43,303 nucleotides of DNA from Candidatus Magasanikiibacteriota bacterium (GTDB lineage Bacteria > Patescibacteriota > Patescibacteriia > Magasanikbacterales > UBA10146). Position 1 is the first letter of the stretch. The number at the start of each line of letters is the position of its first letter. The notes beneath the pieces were generated by a model that saw only the letters and a list, made by a program, of their open reading frames with translations, did not search any database and was not told the DNA's origin. This document shows positions 9,085-17,537 of this stretch, in pieces. The stretch covers positions 1 to 43,303 of the forward strand of contig JACRFU010000062.1 of NCBI GenBank assembly GCA_016212585.1, given 5' to 3'. A program made the position numbers and the translations under genes.

Positions 9085-9336
9085 TTAGGCTTTTTTAGCA
9101 ATACGCCAGCGCTTATCTTTGGATAACGGACGGCATTCAATAAAAGAAACCTTGTCGCCGGGCGCGTAGACGCCGCTGGTATAATGCACCTTAAATTTTG
9201 CGTGCACGATATAAAACTTTAAATACTTTGGGTGTTTTTTTACCTGTTCAACTTTTACCACAAGCGTTTTAGGCATCTTGGCGGAAGTAACAATGCCGGT
9301 AAAAACTTTATGTTGTACATTTTTTTTCTCTTGCAT
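9085..9336 (-). CDS. rpsQ: 30S ribosomal protein S17
   Basis: 83 aa with GIVTSAKMPKTLVVKVE, KHPKYLK and PLSKDKRW. Confidence 0.95.
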   Translation of the reverse strand: MQEKKNVQHKVFTGIVTSAKMPKTLVVKVEQVKKHPKYLKFYIVHAKFKVHYTSGVYAPGDKVSFIECRPLSKDKRWRIAKKA

Positions 9337-9337
9337 A

Positions 9338-9544
9338 TTATTTAATAACTATGTGCTTCAACAAAGTTAAGAGATGCGCGATGCGTTTGTGTGCGGCTTT
9401 CACCAAATGCACCTGCTTGACTTCTTGCGTGTGCACTTTAAACCGTAACGCGCGCAATGCCTCGCGCTCAGTGGCGAGCATACTCACGAGCTCATCCGAG
9501 TTTTTTGCACGCAATTCCTGTAATTGTATTTTTATTTTACTCAT
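9338..9544 (-). CDS. rpmC: 50S ribosomal protein L29
   Basis: 68 aa with LRAKNSDELVSML..EREALRALRFK. Position lies between rplP and rpsQ. Confidence 0.9.
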   Translation of the reverse strand: MSKIKIQLQELRAKNSDELVSMLATEREALRALRFKVHTQEVKQVHLVKAAHKRIAHLLTLLKHIVIK

Positions 9545-9959
9545 ATAAATCTTTGCTTACAAACGCGACTCTGGTAGGTAATTTATAACCAGCGAGTTTT
9601 ACTGCCTGCACCGCTATTTCTTTTGATATGCCTTCTACTTCAAAAATAATGGTGCCGGGTTTTACAATTGCCACATAGTGGTCAACCGCGCCTTTTCCTC
9701 CACCCATTGAGTTCTCGTTGCCATGCGCCGTGATGGGTTTATCCGGAAAAATACGGATCCAAAACTTGCCGCCTTTTTTTAAAAACTTGGTAATGGTACG
9801 GCGCGCGGCTTCTATCTGACGCGCGGTAATCCATGAATAATCAAGCGCTTTGAGCCCATATGTTCCAAACGCCAATTCAACTTTTGTAGTGGCAACCCCC
9901 GCGTTGCGGCGGCGGCCTTTATGCCACTTGCGATGTTTTACTTTCTTGGGAATCAACAT
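9537..9959 (-). CDS. rplP: 50S ribosomal protein L16
   Basis: True start is MLIPKKVKHRKWHKGRRRN. The upstream part of ORF 9537-10004 reads into family B copy 2. Confidence 0.93.
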   Translation of the reverse strand: MLIPKKVKHRKWHKGRRRNAGVATTKVELAFGTYGLKALDYSWITARQIEAARRTITKFLKKGGKFWIRIFPDKPITAHGNENSMGGGKGAVDHYVAIVKPGTIIFEVEGISKEIAVQAVKLAGYKLPTRVAFVSKDLYE

Positions 9960-9970
9960 ATTATGTGGTA

Positions 9971-10093
9971 TATGACCTACGCATTTGTCCAATTTCTTCG
10001 TCAAAGCCTGCGCTTCTCACTCGTCGTAGGTATACTACGGCTTGCTCCGATGCTCGGCTTTTCCTTGAACTTGTCTCAAATGCGTAGGTCATG
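9971..10093 (+). mobile_element. Family B MITE, copy 2 (123 bp) between rpsC and rplP
   Basis: TIR TATGACCTACGCATTTG / CAAATGCGTAGGTCATG. The interior is nearly identical to copy 1. Flanks are TGGTA / TGATA (4 of 5 match). The rpsC stop codon TGA (10089-10091) lies inside the element terminus. Confidence 0.88.
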
Positions 10094-10742
10094 TGATAAT
10101 CTCTTTTGACGCAAAAATATCTCCGCGATACACCCATACCTTAATGCCAATAATACCGTAAATAGTATGCGCGGTAGTGGAATTAAAATCAATATCAGAG
10201 CGAAGATTCTGCAAAGGAATTTTTCCTTCGGTAATAAACTCGCGGCGCGCGATTTCCGCGCCGTTCAAACGACCTGAAACCGCAATTTTTACTCCCAAAG
10301 CGCCTGCTTTGCGCACGCGCTCCACAGACTGCTTAAGTACGCGGCGGAACGGCACGCGTTTTTCAAGCTCAGTCACGACACCCTGTCCAATGATAGCGGC
10401 GGAAAGCGCCGGATGCGCTACTTCAAGAATATTCACTTTGACATTGGTCTTAACATCAAAAAATTTCTTTTGCAACTTTTTACGCAATTCTTCCGCTCCG
10501 GCGCCTCCGCGGCCAATAATCATGCCGGGTTTTGCCGCGGAAAGACTAATAGTAATATCGTGTGGGGTGCGTTCTATGCCAATCGCATCCACACCAGCGT
10601 CTTTGAACTCTTTCATCAAATGCGCGCGAATCGCCAAATCTTCGCGCAAAAATTTAGCATACCCTTTACGCGCGAACCATTTAGAATCCCATGTATAAAT
10701 ACTGCCGATGCGAAAAATTTTTGGATGTACTTTGTGACTCAT
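10089..10742 (-). CDS. rpsC: 30S ribosomal protein S3
   Basis: 217 aa starting MSHKVHPKIFRIG, with GIERTPHDITISLSAAKPGMIIGRGG (KH domain). Confidence 0.95.
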   Translation of the reverse strand: MSHKVHPKIFRIGSIYTWDSKWFARKGYAKFLREDLAIRAHLMKEFKDAGVDAIGIERTPHDITISLSAAKPGMIIGRGGAGAEELRKKLQKKFFDVKTNVKVNILEVAHPALSAAIIGQGVVTELEKRVPFRRVLKQSVERVRKAGALGVKIAVSGRLNGAEIARREFITEGKIPLQNLRSDIDFNSTTAHTIYGIIGIKVWVYRGDIFASKEIIT

Positions 10743-10750
10743 ACAATTAG

Positions 10751-11152
10751 TTATGATGTATATGTTGCGATTGCCGGCGCATCTTCTGTTTTTTCTTTCA
10801 CTTCTTTTTTGGCCGCGCGCATGATCTCCGTGAGCGTCAACTTAACAGAACAAGTCCGTTTGCGAATCTCATACGCTCGTCCAAACGCGCGCGGTTGGAA
10901 ACGTTTCAAAGTAGGACCTTGTTCCGCGACAATTGACTTAATTTTTAAATTGCCTGCTGATATATGAAAATTATGTTCCGCGTTTGCCACCGCCGATTTC
11001 ACCAATTTTGCAAGCGGTGTTTTATTTTTTTGCCCAGCAAACTGCAAAATCACGAGCGCGTCTTCAACACGCTTCCCGCGGATCTGGTCAATCAAGGGTT
11101 TCATTTTGCGCGTGCTTGTGCGAATTGTTTTGAGCTCTGCGAATACATCCAT
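10751..11152 (-). CDS. rplV: 50S ribosomal protein L22
   Basis: 133 aa in the conserved position, containing SAVANAEHN and AFGRAYEIRKRTCSV. Confidence 0.93.
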   Translation of the reverse strand: MDVFAELKTIRTSTRKMKPLIDQIRGKRVEDALVILQFAGQKNKTPLAKLVKSAVANAEHNFHISAGNLKIKSIVAEQGPTLKRFQPRAFGRAYEIRKRTCSVKLTLTEIMRAAKKEVKEKTEDAPAIATYTS

Positions 11153-11156
11153 AATA

Positions 11157-11489
11157 TTATTTCTTTGTGGGCGCTGGCGTGGCCGAAGCTTTTTTAGCCG
11201 CCTCTGACTGCGCCGTCTCTAAATCTTTTTGCATTTTGCCTCCGTGGCGAACAAACTTGCGCGTCGGAGAAAACTCTCCCAAACGGTGCCCCACCATATT
11301 TTCTACAATCATAACAGGAAGATGCTGTTTGCCGTTATGCACCGCAATCACAAACCCCACCATCTCGGGGGTTACCACACTGGCGCGCGCCCATGTTTTG
11401 ATAGGGGTTTTATCGCCTTGTTTCAGGCGCTTAACCTTTTTCATTAATTTTTCATCTATGTACGGACCTTTTTTTAAACTGCGTGACAT
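11157..11489 (-). CDS. rpsS: 30S ribosomal protein S19
   Basis: Starts [19 protein letters not shown], with [10 protein letters not shown] and [12 protein letters not shown]. Confidence 0.95.
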   Translation of the reverse strand: MSRSLKKGPYIDEKLMKKVKRLKQGDKTPIKTWARASVVTPEMVGFVIAVHNGKQHLPVMIVENMVGHRLGEFSPTRKFVRHGGKMQKDLETAQSEAAKKASATPAPTKK

Positions 11490-11495
11490 ACAAAA

Positions 11496-12323
11496 TTATT
11501 TACGATGTTGGATTATTAAAAAGTTGCTCCATTTCTTGCGTTTGCGCGTCTTAACCCCCAGCGCAGGCTTACCTTGCGGAGTTTCCGGACGACGCATACC
11601 GATTGGGTTGTGTCCCTCGCCGCCACCGTGCGGATGATCAACAGGATTCATGGCTTTTCCGCGCACTGACGGTCTCCAGCCCATATGGCGTCTGCGTCCC
11701 GCTTTGCCAAGACGGATCAAATTGCGGTCGGGATTGCTCAAAACGCCAATCGTCGCGGCGCATTCTTGGCTCACTTTTCGTAATTCGCCAGAAGGGAGTT
11801 TAAGTGTGGCATACCCCATTTCAACCGCCATCAACTGTGAACTAGTGCCAGCGCCGCGCACAATTTTACCGCCTTGTCCCGCCAATAATTCTATATTATG
11901 AACCATCTGGCCGACCGGAACAAATTTGAGCGGCATACGAGCGCCTGTTTTTACTTCAATGCGATTTTTTGAACTCAACACGGAGTCTCCTGCCGTAATG
12001 CCCTGCGGAGCCAATATATATGACTTCACTTTATCAGCATATTCAATCAATGCGATACGAGCACCTCTGTTGGGATCATATTCAATGGCGTTCACTGTTG
12101 CGGGTATATCATACCGCTGTTGTTTAAAATCCACCAATCTATAAAATGTGCGCGTGCCTCCTCCTCTGTGGCGCACAGTAATGCGGCCGTTGGAACGGCC
12201 GGTGCGCTTCTTGTGCACCATCATAAGCTTTTTCTCCGGTTTGTGTTTGGTGATATCGTCGAACGCATCCACCATAGTGGCGCGGCGTCCGGGAGTTGTT
12301 GGTTTGTATGTCTTAAATGCCAT
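11496..12323 (-). CDS. rplB: 50S ribosomal protein L2
   Basis: True start is MAFKTYKPTTPGRR. The upstream part of ORF 11496-12410 is MITE read-through. Contains RGKAMNPVDHPHGGGEG. Confidence 0.95.
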   Translation of the reverse strand: MAFKTYKPTTPGRRATMVDAFDDITKHKPEKKLMMVHKKRTGRSNGRITVRHRGGGTRTFYRLVDFKQQRYDIPATVNAIEYDPNRGARIALIEYADKVKSYILAPQGITAGDSVLSSKNRIEVKTGARMPLKFVPVGQMVHNIELLAGQGGKIVRGAGTSSQLMAVEMGYATLKLPSGELRKVSQECAATIGVLSNPDRNLIRLGKAGRRRHMGWRPSVRGKAMNPVDHPHGGGEGHNPIGMRRPETPQGKPALGVKTRKRKKWSNFLIIQHRK

Positions 12324-12325
12324 AG

Positions 12326-12487
12326 GGGTCTGTCGCCGAATGCGCTTTTGAAACGAAATGCGCAGATTTCGAGACAAAATTATTGAATAAATTTTGAGGT
12401 TTAATTGCAAATTAAGCTGAAAAATTTTGAAACAATTATGGCCGAACTATGCATATTGCAGTCAAAATGGCATTCGGCGACAGACCC
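12326..12487 (+). mobile_element. Family A MITE, full copy 5 (162 bp) between rplW and rplB
   Basis: GGGTCTGTCGCCGAATGC...GCATTCGGCGACAGACCC. Flanking 5-mers are CATAG (12321-12325, which contains the rplB start codon) and CATAT (12488-12492). Confidence 0.9.
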
Positions 12488-12494
12488 CATATGA

Positions 12495-12956
12495 TTATAC
12501 CGAACTCAAAAGAGTAATATGGTCTCCTTTGCCGACGGTAACCATTGCCTTCTTCCACGCTTTGCGCGTGCCGCTTCTGCGCCCAAACTGTTTTACTTTC
12601 CCGCGCATGCTCACGATGCGCACTTTGATAACCTTTACTTTAAAAACTGATTCAACCGCTTTTTTCACTTCTACTTTATTAGTGTTTTTTGCGACTTCAA
12701 ATACATATTGATTTTGTGTTTGGTGCAAGGTGTTCTTCTCCGTGAGAAGAGGACGCAATAATACGCGATGCGCGCCGCCAGTGGCGCGTGGTTTTTCTTC
12801 AATAGACGGTGTGGAAACAACCACTTCTGTTTCCTTGTTGGATTTTAATGATACAGTTTTTTCTGCAACAGCAACAATCACAGGTGTTTTTTTTTGTTGC
12901 GTTACTTGTTTTTTCTGCTCTTCTTTTTTATTTTTGTACCAATTAAAAATACTCAT
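12495..12956 (-). CDS. rplW: 50S ribosomal protein L23 with a ~55-aa N-terminal extension
   Basis: The C-terminal ~95 aa (LLRPLLTEKNT...FEVAKNTNKVEVKKAVE...KKAMVTV) are canonical L23. The N-terminal part is Lys/Glu/Thr-rich. Confidence 0.9.
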   Translation of the reverse strand: MSIFNWYKNKKEEQKKQVTQQKKTPVIVAVAEKTVSLKSNKETEVVVSTPSIEEKPRATGGAHRVLLRPLLTEKNTLHQTQNQYVFEVAKNTNKVEVKKAVESVFKVKVIKVRIVSMRGKVKQFGRRSGTRKAWKKAMVTVGKGDHITLLSSV

Positions 12957-12959
12957 ATC

Positions 12960-13601
12960 TTACTTTGATTTCACGCCGTAAGTTTTTTCCAATGATTCTA
13001 TGGTTCCCGGCATGGTAACAACATTTGCGTGGTTCAAAAGCGTTATAATATCTATCTGGTCGCGCGCAATAACCTGCACATTGTTAATATTTCGAGCGGA
13101 ACGCGCCACCAATGTATCGGACGCTGGCATAATCACTAAAATTTTACCTTTATGCAAAGGAAGTTTTTTCAAAAATCCCGCAACAAGCTTGGTTTTTGCG
13201 TTTTCCACCGCAAGGCTGTCAACAAGAATCAAACCGTTATTCTGCGCCTTGTCGGACAATACCATACACATGGCAAGCCGCTTCACTTTTTTATTGATTT
13301 TTAATTTGAAATTGCGTTCTGATGTTGGACCAAATGTAATACCGCCGCCGCGCCACAAAGGAGAACGGATAGATCCCGCGCGGGCTCGTCCGGTGCCTTT
13401 TTGCGCCCATGGTTTGCGTCCGCCGCCGCGTACCTCGCCTTTTTTCTTAGTGTCGGCAAGCACCTGACGGCGATTAGCAAACAAAGAACGCACCACCTCC
13501 GCAATCAACGCTTGTTTTGGTTTGATGCCAAAAACTGCCGCAGACAATTCTTTTGTCCCAATCACTTCGCCTTGTTGATTGTAAATCTTTAATGAATTCA
13601 T
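12960..13601 (-). CDS. rplD: 50S ribosomal protein L4
   Basis: 213 aa with GGGRKPWAQKGTGRARAGSIRSPLWRGGG. Confidence 0.95.
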   Translation of the reverse strand: MNSLKIYNQQGEVIGTKELSAAVFGIKPKQALIAEVVRSLFANRRQVLADTKKKGEVRGGGRKPWAQKGTGRARAGSIRSPLWRGGGITFGPTSERNFKLKINKKVKRLAMCMVLSDKAQNNGLILVDSLAVENAKTKLVAGFLKKLPLHKGKILVIMPASDTLVARSARNINNVQVIARDQIDIITLLNHANVVTMPGTIESLEKTYGVKSK

Positions 13602-13610
13602 AGATGCGCA

Positions 13611-14405
13611 TTACACGACGGTTTGTTCTTGAATTTTAGAAACATCTGCTGATATGTTTATTTCCTCTGTAACATCCGATGCTTGAGCTGATACCGTTTC
13701 CCCTACTTTAGACACTTCCTCTGTCAACGCTTCCACAGGCATGGCAGGCGCTGGCTCATGTTTCATTTTGATAACTTTTAATTCTCCGCCAGAACATTTG
13801 ATTAAAATAAGTCCGTTGCGACCGCCCGGAATTGCTCCCTTAATCTGTAAGATGTGCTTCTCCGGATCAATCGCCACGATTGATAAATTTTGCACGGTTA
13901 CCTGTTCATCTCCCATATGACCGCCCATGCGCATTCCTTTGAACACGCGCTGAACGCCGCCCGCTCCAATTGAACCAGGCATGCGCAAGTTATCTTTATG
14001 GCCATGACTTGCAGGACCGCCTCGGAAATGATGGCGTTTTACCACGCCCTGAAATCCACGCCCTTTGGAAGTGCCGGTGACATCTACCTTATCCCCCACG
14101 GTAAACATTTCCACCGTAATCATATCACCGCGTTCAACACCTGCAATTTCTTTTTCACTGACCGGCATCTCGCGAATCATCCGCATAGTGGGCAAATCTT
14201 TTAAATGTCCCAATTGCGGTTTGGCAATATGTTTTGCTTTTCCTTCGTCAAATCCAACCTGAAGAGCGGTTGTGTTGTCGTGCGGCTGTTTCTTGACATG
14301 CGTCACTACGCAAGGAGTTGCCTTGACAAGTGTTACCGGAACAAGCGTGCCGTCTTCGGCAAACACTTGGCTCATCTGAATTTTCTTACCAAAAATGAAT
14401 TTCAT
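13611..14405 (-). CDS. rplC: 50S ribosomal protein L3 with an acidic C-terminal extension
   Basis: Start placed at MKFIFGKKIQMSQVF, the canonical L3 N-terminus. Contains GTSKGRGFQGVVKRHHF. About 55 extra C-terminal residues. Confidence 0.9.
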   Translation of the reverse strand: MKFIFGKKIQMSQVFAEDGTLVPVTLVKATPCVVTHVKKQPHDNTTALQVGFDEGKAKHIAKPQLGHLKDLPTMRMIREMPVSEKEIAGVERGDMITVEMFTVGDKVDVTGTSKGRGFQGVVKRHHFRGGPASHGHKDNLRMPGSIGAGGVQRVFKGMRMGGHMGDEQVTVQNLSIVAIDPEKHILQIKGAIPGGRNGLILIKCSGGELKVIKMKHEPAPAMPVEALTEEVSKVGETVSAQASDVTEEINISADVSKIQEQTVV

Positions 14406-14655
14406 AAATTGGCAACCGTCATGGTAATTAAAAACCAGAAGTCCTGTTTCATGCGCGTTCAACTCATGCAAGCGCGCGCATAAACTAAAACTTCCAGCCT
14501 TTAAAATAATATGTTTTAAACAAAGGCGTTGTGAGAGCAGTGAGTTGTCAATACAATTTCTCCTTATATCGTTCTCCTACCTTCTCCCCGATGTTTTCCT
14601 TTGAGCGCCGTATCTATTCTGCGCAGGATCTTATCGAGTTAAATGTGAGAACGGT

Positions 14656-15012
14656 TTACATTTTGATTTCAATGTCCACGCCGGCCGGCAAACTTAAGTG
14701 CATTAACGCGTCAAGCGCTTTGGGTGTAGAATTGATGATATCAATCAACCGTTTGTGCACGCGCATTTCATATTGTTCGCGCGCGTCTTTGTGCACAAAT
14801 GTTGAACGATTAACGGTAAAAATAGCTTTTTCCGTTGGCAACGGCACCGGACCAATCACTTCCGCGCCGTTTCTTTGCGCTGTCTCAAGAATGGTGCGAG
14901 CCGCTTGATCTATAATCTTGCTATCATACGCGCAAATCTTGATTCGGATTCTCTGTTTATCATCCTCTTTTTCCTTTACCGCAACTGCTGTATTGTGTTT
15001 TGTTTGTGCCAT
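14656..15012 (-). CDS. rpsJ: 30S ribosomal protein S10
   Basis: 118 aa with [25 protein letters not shown] and VDIEIKM. Confidence 0.93.
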   Translation of the reverse strand: MAQTKHNTAVAVKEKEDDKQRIRIKICAYDSKIIDQAARTILETAQRNGAEVIGPVPLPTEKAIFTVNRSTFVHKDAREQYEMRVHKRLIDIINSTPKALDALMHLSLPAGVDIEIKM

Positions 15013-15083
15013 GCGAAAATCTTTTTATGAAAAGCGCGCCACGCTAGATTGCAACAAATCTTCACGGGCACGCTTTCACATAG

Positions 15084-16274
15084 TTATTTAAGAATCTTTG
15101 TTACCACTCCTGCCCCAACGGTTCTGCCACCCTCACGAATTGCAAAACGTGTTTTTTCTTCAAGTGCGATGGGAGTAATCAATTTAACAGTCATCTTAAC
15201 CGTATCTCCTGGCATTACCATTTCTGTTCCCGGCGCAAGAGCAATATCACCAGTTACATCGGTAGTGCGGACATAAAATTGCGGCTTATATCCGGTAAAG
15301 AATGGCTTATGGCGTCCGCCTTCTTCTTTGGTCAAAGTATATACTTCTGATTCAAACTCGGTGTGAGGAGTAACCGTACCGGGTTTGGCTACCACCATTC
15401 CGCGCAAAGCGTCTTCTTTTTTAATACCGCGCAAAAGCACGCCGGCGTTGTCTCCTGCCATACCTTCATCCAAAGACTTGTTGAACATTTCAATACCGGT
15501 AATAACGGTTTTTTGCGTGTCTTTGATACCAATCATTTCCGCTTCATCATTGACATGGATAATTCCGCGTTCAATACGACCGGTTACTACGGTTCCACGA
15601 CCTTCAATGGAGAAAACATCTTCAATAGGCATAAGGAACGGTTTGTCTGTCTCGCGTTGTGGTTGTGGAATATAGGTATCCAACTTTTCCAAAAGATCCA
15701 AAATTGGTTTGGATGCGGCTTCATCACTTGGATTTTCCAACGCCTTGAGAGCACTTCCGCGGATTATAGGAGTGGTGTCGCCAGGGAATTCGTATTTCTT
15801 CAAAAGGTCGCGCACTTCTTCTTCCACCAAATCAATCAGTTCAGGATCAGATACTTGGTCAACTTTGTTCAAGAAAACGATGATGTAAGGTACTCCAACT
15901 TGTCGCGCAAGCAAGATGTGCTCGCGTGTTTGAGGCATAGGGCCATCTGCGGCGGAAACCACCAAAATAGAGCCGTCCATCTGCGCGGCGCCGGTAATCA
16001 TGTTTTTGACATAATCGGCGTGACCCGGACAATCTACATGCGCGTAATGGCGCGTCTTTGATTCGTACTCAACATGGGTCGCGTTAATGGTAATACCACG
16101 AGCCTTTTCTTCCGGGGCTTTGTCAATTTGGTCAACACCTTTATCTTGGGAGATAAAACCATGGTGTTTTAACACCTGCAAAATAGCGGCAGTAAGAGTA
16201 GTTTTTCCATGATCAACATGACCAATGGTTCCTACATTTAGATGCGGTTTACTGCGGTCAAATTTCTCTGCCAT
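15084..16274 (-). CDS. tuf: Elongation factor Tu
   Basis: 396 aa with [18 protein letters not shown] and NKVD GTPase motifs. Confidence 0.98.
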   Translation of the reverse strand: MAEKFDRSKPHLNVGTIGHVDHGKTTLTAAILQVLKHHGFISQDKGVDQIDKAPEEKARGITINATHVEYESKTRHYAHVDCPGHADYVKNMITGAAQMDGSILVVSAADGPMPQTREHILLARQVGVPYIIVFLNKVDQVSDPELIDLVEEEVRDLLKKYEFPGDTTPIIRGSALKALENPSDEAASKPILDLLEKLDTYIPQPQRETDKPFLMPIEDVFSIEGRGTVVTGRIERGIIHVNDEAEMIGIKDTQKTVITGIEMFNKSLDEGMAGDNAGVLLRGIKKEDALRGMVVAKPGTVTPHTEFESEVYTLTKEEGGRHKPFFTGYKPQFYVRTTDVTGDIALAPGTEMVMPGDTVKMTVKLITPIALEEKTRFAIREGGRTVGAGVVTKILK

Positions 16275-16350
16275 AGATTTATGATATATTAAATATTAAA
16301 AAATTTTACTAATTTAAGCGATTTTTTATACCTAAAAAGGTACGAGCATT

Positions 16351-16379
16351 ACTATACCACAACAAAAAAAATAATGCAA
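16351..16379 (-). promoter_or_regulatory. Candidate sigma70-type promoter for tuf
   Basis: On the minus strand: TTGCAT, 17 nt, TATAGT preceded by TGG (extended -10-like). It lies about 75 nt upstream of the tuf ATG. Confidence 0.45.
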
Positions 16380-16402
16380 GAGCGGATGCTGTGGACAGCT
16401 CT

Positions 16403-16753
16403 TTAGCTCTCAACCGGCTCCAAATAATAGTGGTCTTCAACCTGCTTTTCTTCTAAAACTTGTGGTTTTTCAGCAAATTCTTCCCACCAATCCGGCGCGG
16501 CGGTTTCCGTCAATTCTTGAACAAGCACTCCGCCAAGCGGCAACGCGCTTTGGGCTACTTCTTCCTTTATAGGAGTAACAAAAGATGTTTTTTCCTGCAT
16601 TTTTTCTGTTAATCCCTGTTTACCAAACACTAGATGCTCATAATCTTTAATGGACATGACCACATAATTATTCTCTGTGGAGCGATCAATCACCACCAAG
16701 CGGTCGCCTGTTTTTTTGATGAGTTCTAAAATTTGGTCAAACGATTCGGTCAT
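16403..16753 (-). CDS. Phd/YefM-like antitoxin-fold protein with an acidic tail (no adjacent cognate toxin)
   Basis: The N-terminal DRLVVIDRSTENNYVVMSIKDYEHLV resembles the Phd/YefM beta-strand core. The C-terminal half is Glu/Pro-rich. Confidence 0.4.
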   Translation of the reverse strand: MTESFDQILELIKKTGDRLVVIDRSTENNYVVMSIKDYEHLVFGKQGLTEKMQEKTSFVTPIKEEVAQSALPLGGVLVQELTETAAPDWWEEFAEKPQVLEEKQVEDHYYLEPVES

Positions 16754-16787
16754 AGTGTATCAATTGTATAAAAAATATCTTCCCTTG

Positions 16788-17189
16788 TCAACCCGCGCTC
16801 ATATGATCCAACACCATCTGCATTAAGACGTAATACTTCTCTATACTCTCTAAAAGCTGTCTTGCGAATGCTTCATCATAGGTGTGTGTTGTTGTATTAT
16901 GATCATCCACCATTTGCAAAAGCGTTTCTGTTTCAACATCTGACACCAGTTCATGAACACGCAACGCTCTAAAACATTCTTTGGGGGAAGGCGCATTCGT
17001 CCCAAAACGTTCAAATAAAAATACTTTACATGCTTTCCAGCACAACTCAAACGAATATTCAAACCGCTGTATGGCGGCATCGCGCACAAATGTCTCCACA
17101 TTCTCCGGATTATATGCATCTAACGCTTCTTTGGGCGTCATAAGCGCTTTTTTGAATGCGCCCAATTTATAGATTAACGTTTGATCCAT
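16788..17189 (-). CDS. HEPN-domain protein, HI0074-family nucleotidyltransferase substrate-binding subunit (HepT-like toxin)
   Basis: 133 aa with DAAIQRFEYSFELCWKACKVFL, typical of NTase_sub_bind/HEPN. Overlaps the upstream MNT gene by 16 nt. Confidence 0.75.
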   Translation of the reverse strand: MDQTLIYKLGAFKKALMTPKEALDAYNPENVETFVRDAAIQRFEYSFELCWKACKVFLFERFGTNAPSPKECFRALRVHELVSDVETETLLQMVDDHNTTTHTYDEAFARQLLESIEKYYVLMQMVLDHMSAG

Positions 17190-17470
17190 ACAATCTTGTT
17201 ATTTTCTAAAACATTTTTTTGAAAAGCCGCCGCGGCCGTATTGAAATTGACCACATCTATTTTAAAAGGAAGTGTTGATGTTTCAAATACTTCCTTTAAT
17301 TTTCTTATATCTCCTTCAGTTATGTTTCCTTTCACTCCCACATCAACATCGGAAAATTTGTCTTGCCGCACCGCGGAACCAAATAAAAAAATCTGTATTT
17401 TTTTTCCTTTGGCAAAGGTGGAAAGGTCTTTTTTAATCCGTTCAAAATACTTTTTTTTATTCTGAATCAT
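17174..17470 (-). CDS. Minimal nucleotidyltransferase (MNT / MntA-like antitoxin)
   Basis: Start placed at MIQNKKKYF. Contains the polbeta-NTase motif FLFGSAVRQDKFSDVDVGV. The upstream part of ORF 17174-17566 is repeat read-through. Confidence 0.75.
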   Translation of the reverse strand: MIQNKKKYFERIKKDLSTFAKGKKIQIFLFGSAVRQDKFSDVDVGVKGNITEGDIRKLKEVFETSTLPFKIDVVNFNTAAAAFQKNVLENNKIVWIKR

Positions 17471-17483
17471 ATGCACATATAAT

Positions 17484-17537
17484 GGGTTTGTCGCCGAATG
17501 CCATTTTGACTGCAAAAGCGCATTCAGCGACAGACCC
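17484..17537 (-). mobile_element. Family A mini-derivative (54 bp, both termini, interior deleted), copy 6
   Basis: GGGTTTGTCGCCGAATGCCATTTTGACTGCAAAAGCGCATTCAGCGACAGACCC, flanked by a perfect direct repeat ATAAT (17479-17483 and 17538-17542). Confidence 0.85.

Noticed and set aside
24-12410. A recurrent peptide, ..[24 protein letters not shown].., appears in several ORF-track entries (24-212, 2414-2608, 8093-8464, 11496-12410, 35288-35539). It looks like a conserved small protein or an N-terminal extension of L24, L2 and the swivel domain.
   Set aside because: It is simply one open frame through family A copies. The copies are palindromic non-coding repeats. The canonical N-termini of L24 (MKKIKIGD) and L2 (MAFKTYKP) start after the element. 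The other strand gives equally recurrent nonsense peptides (..QSKWHSATDP..).
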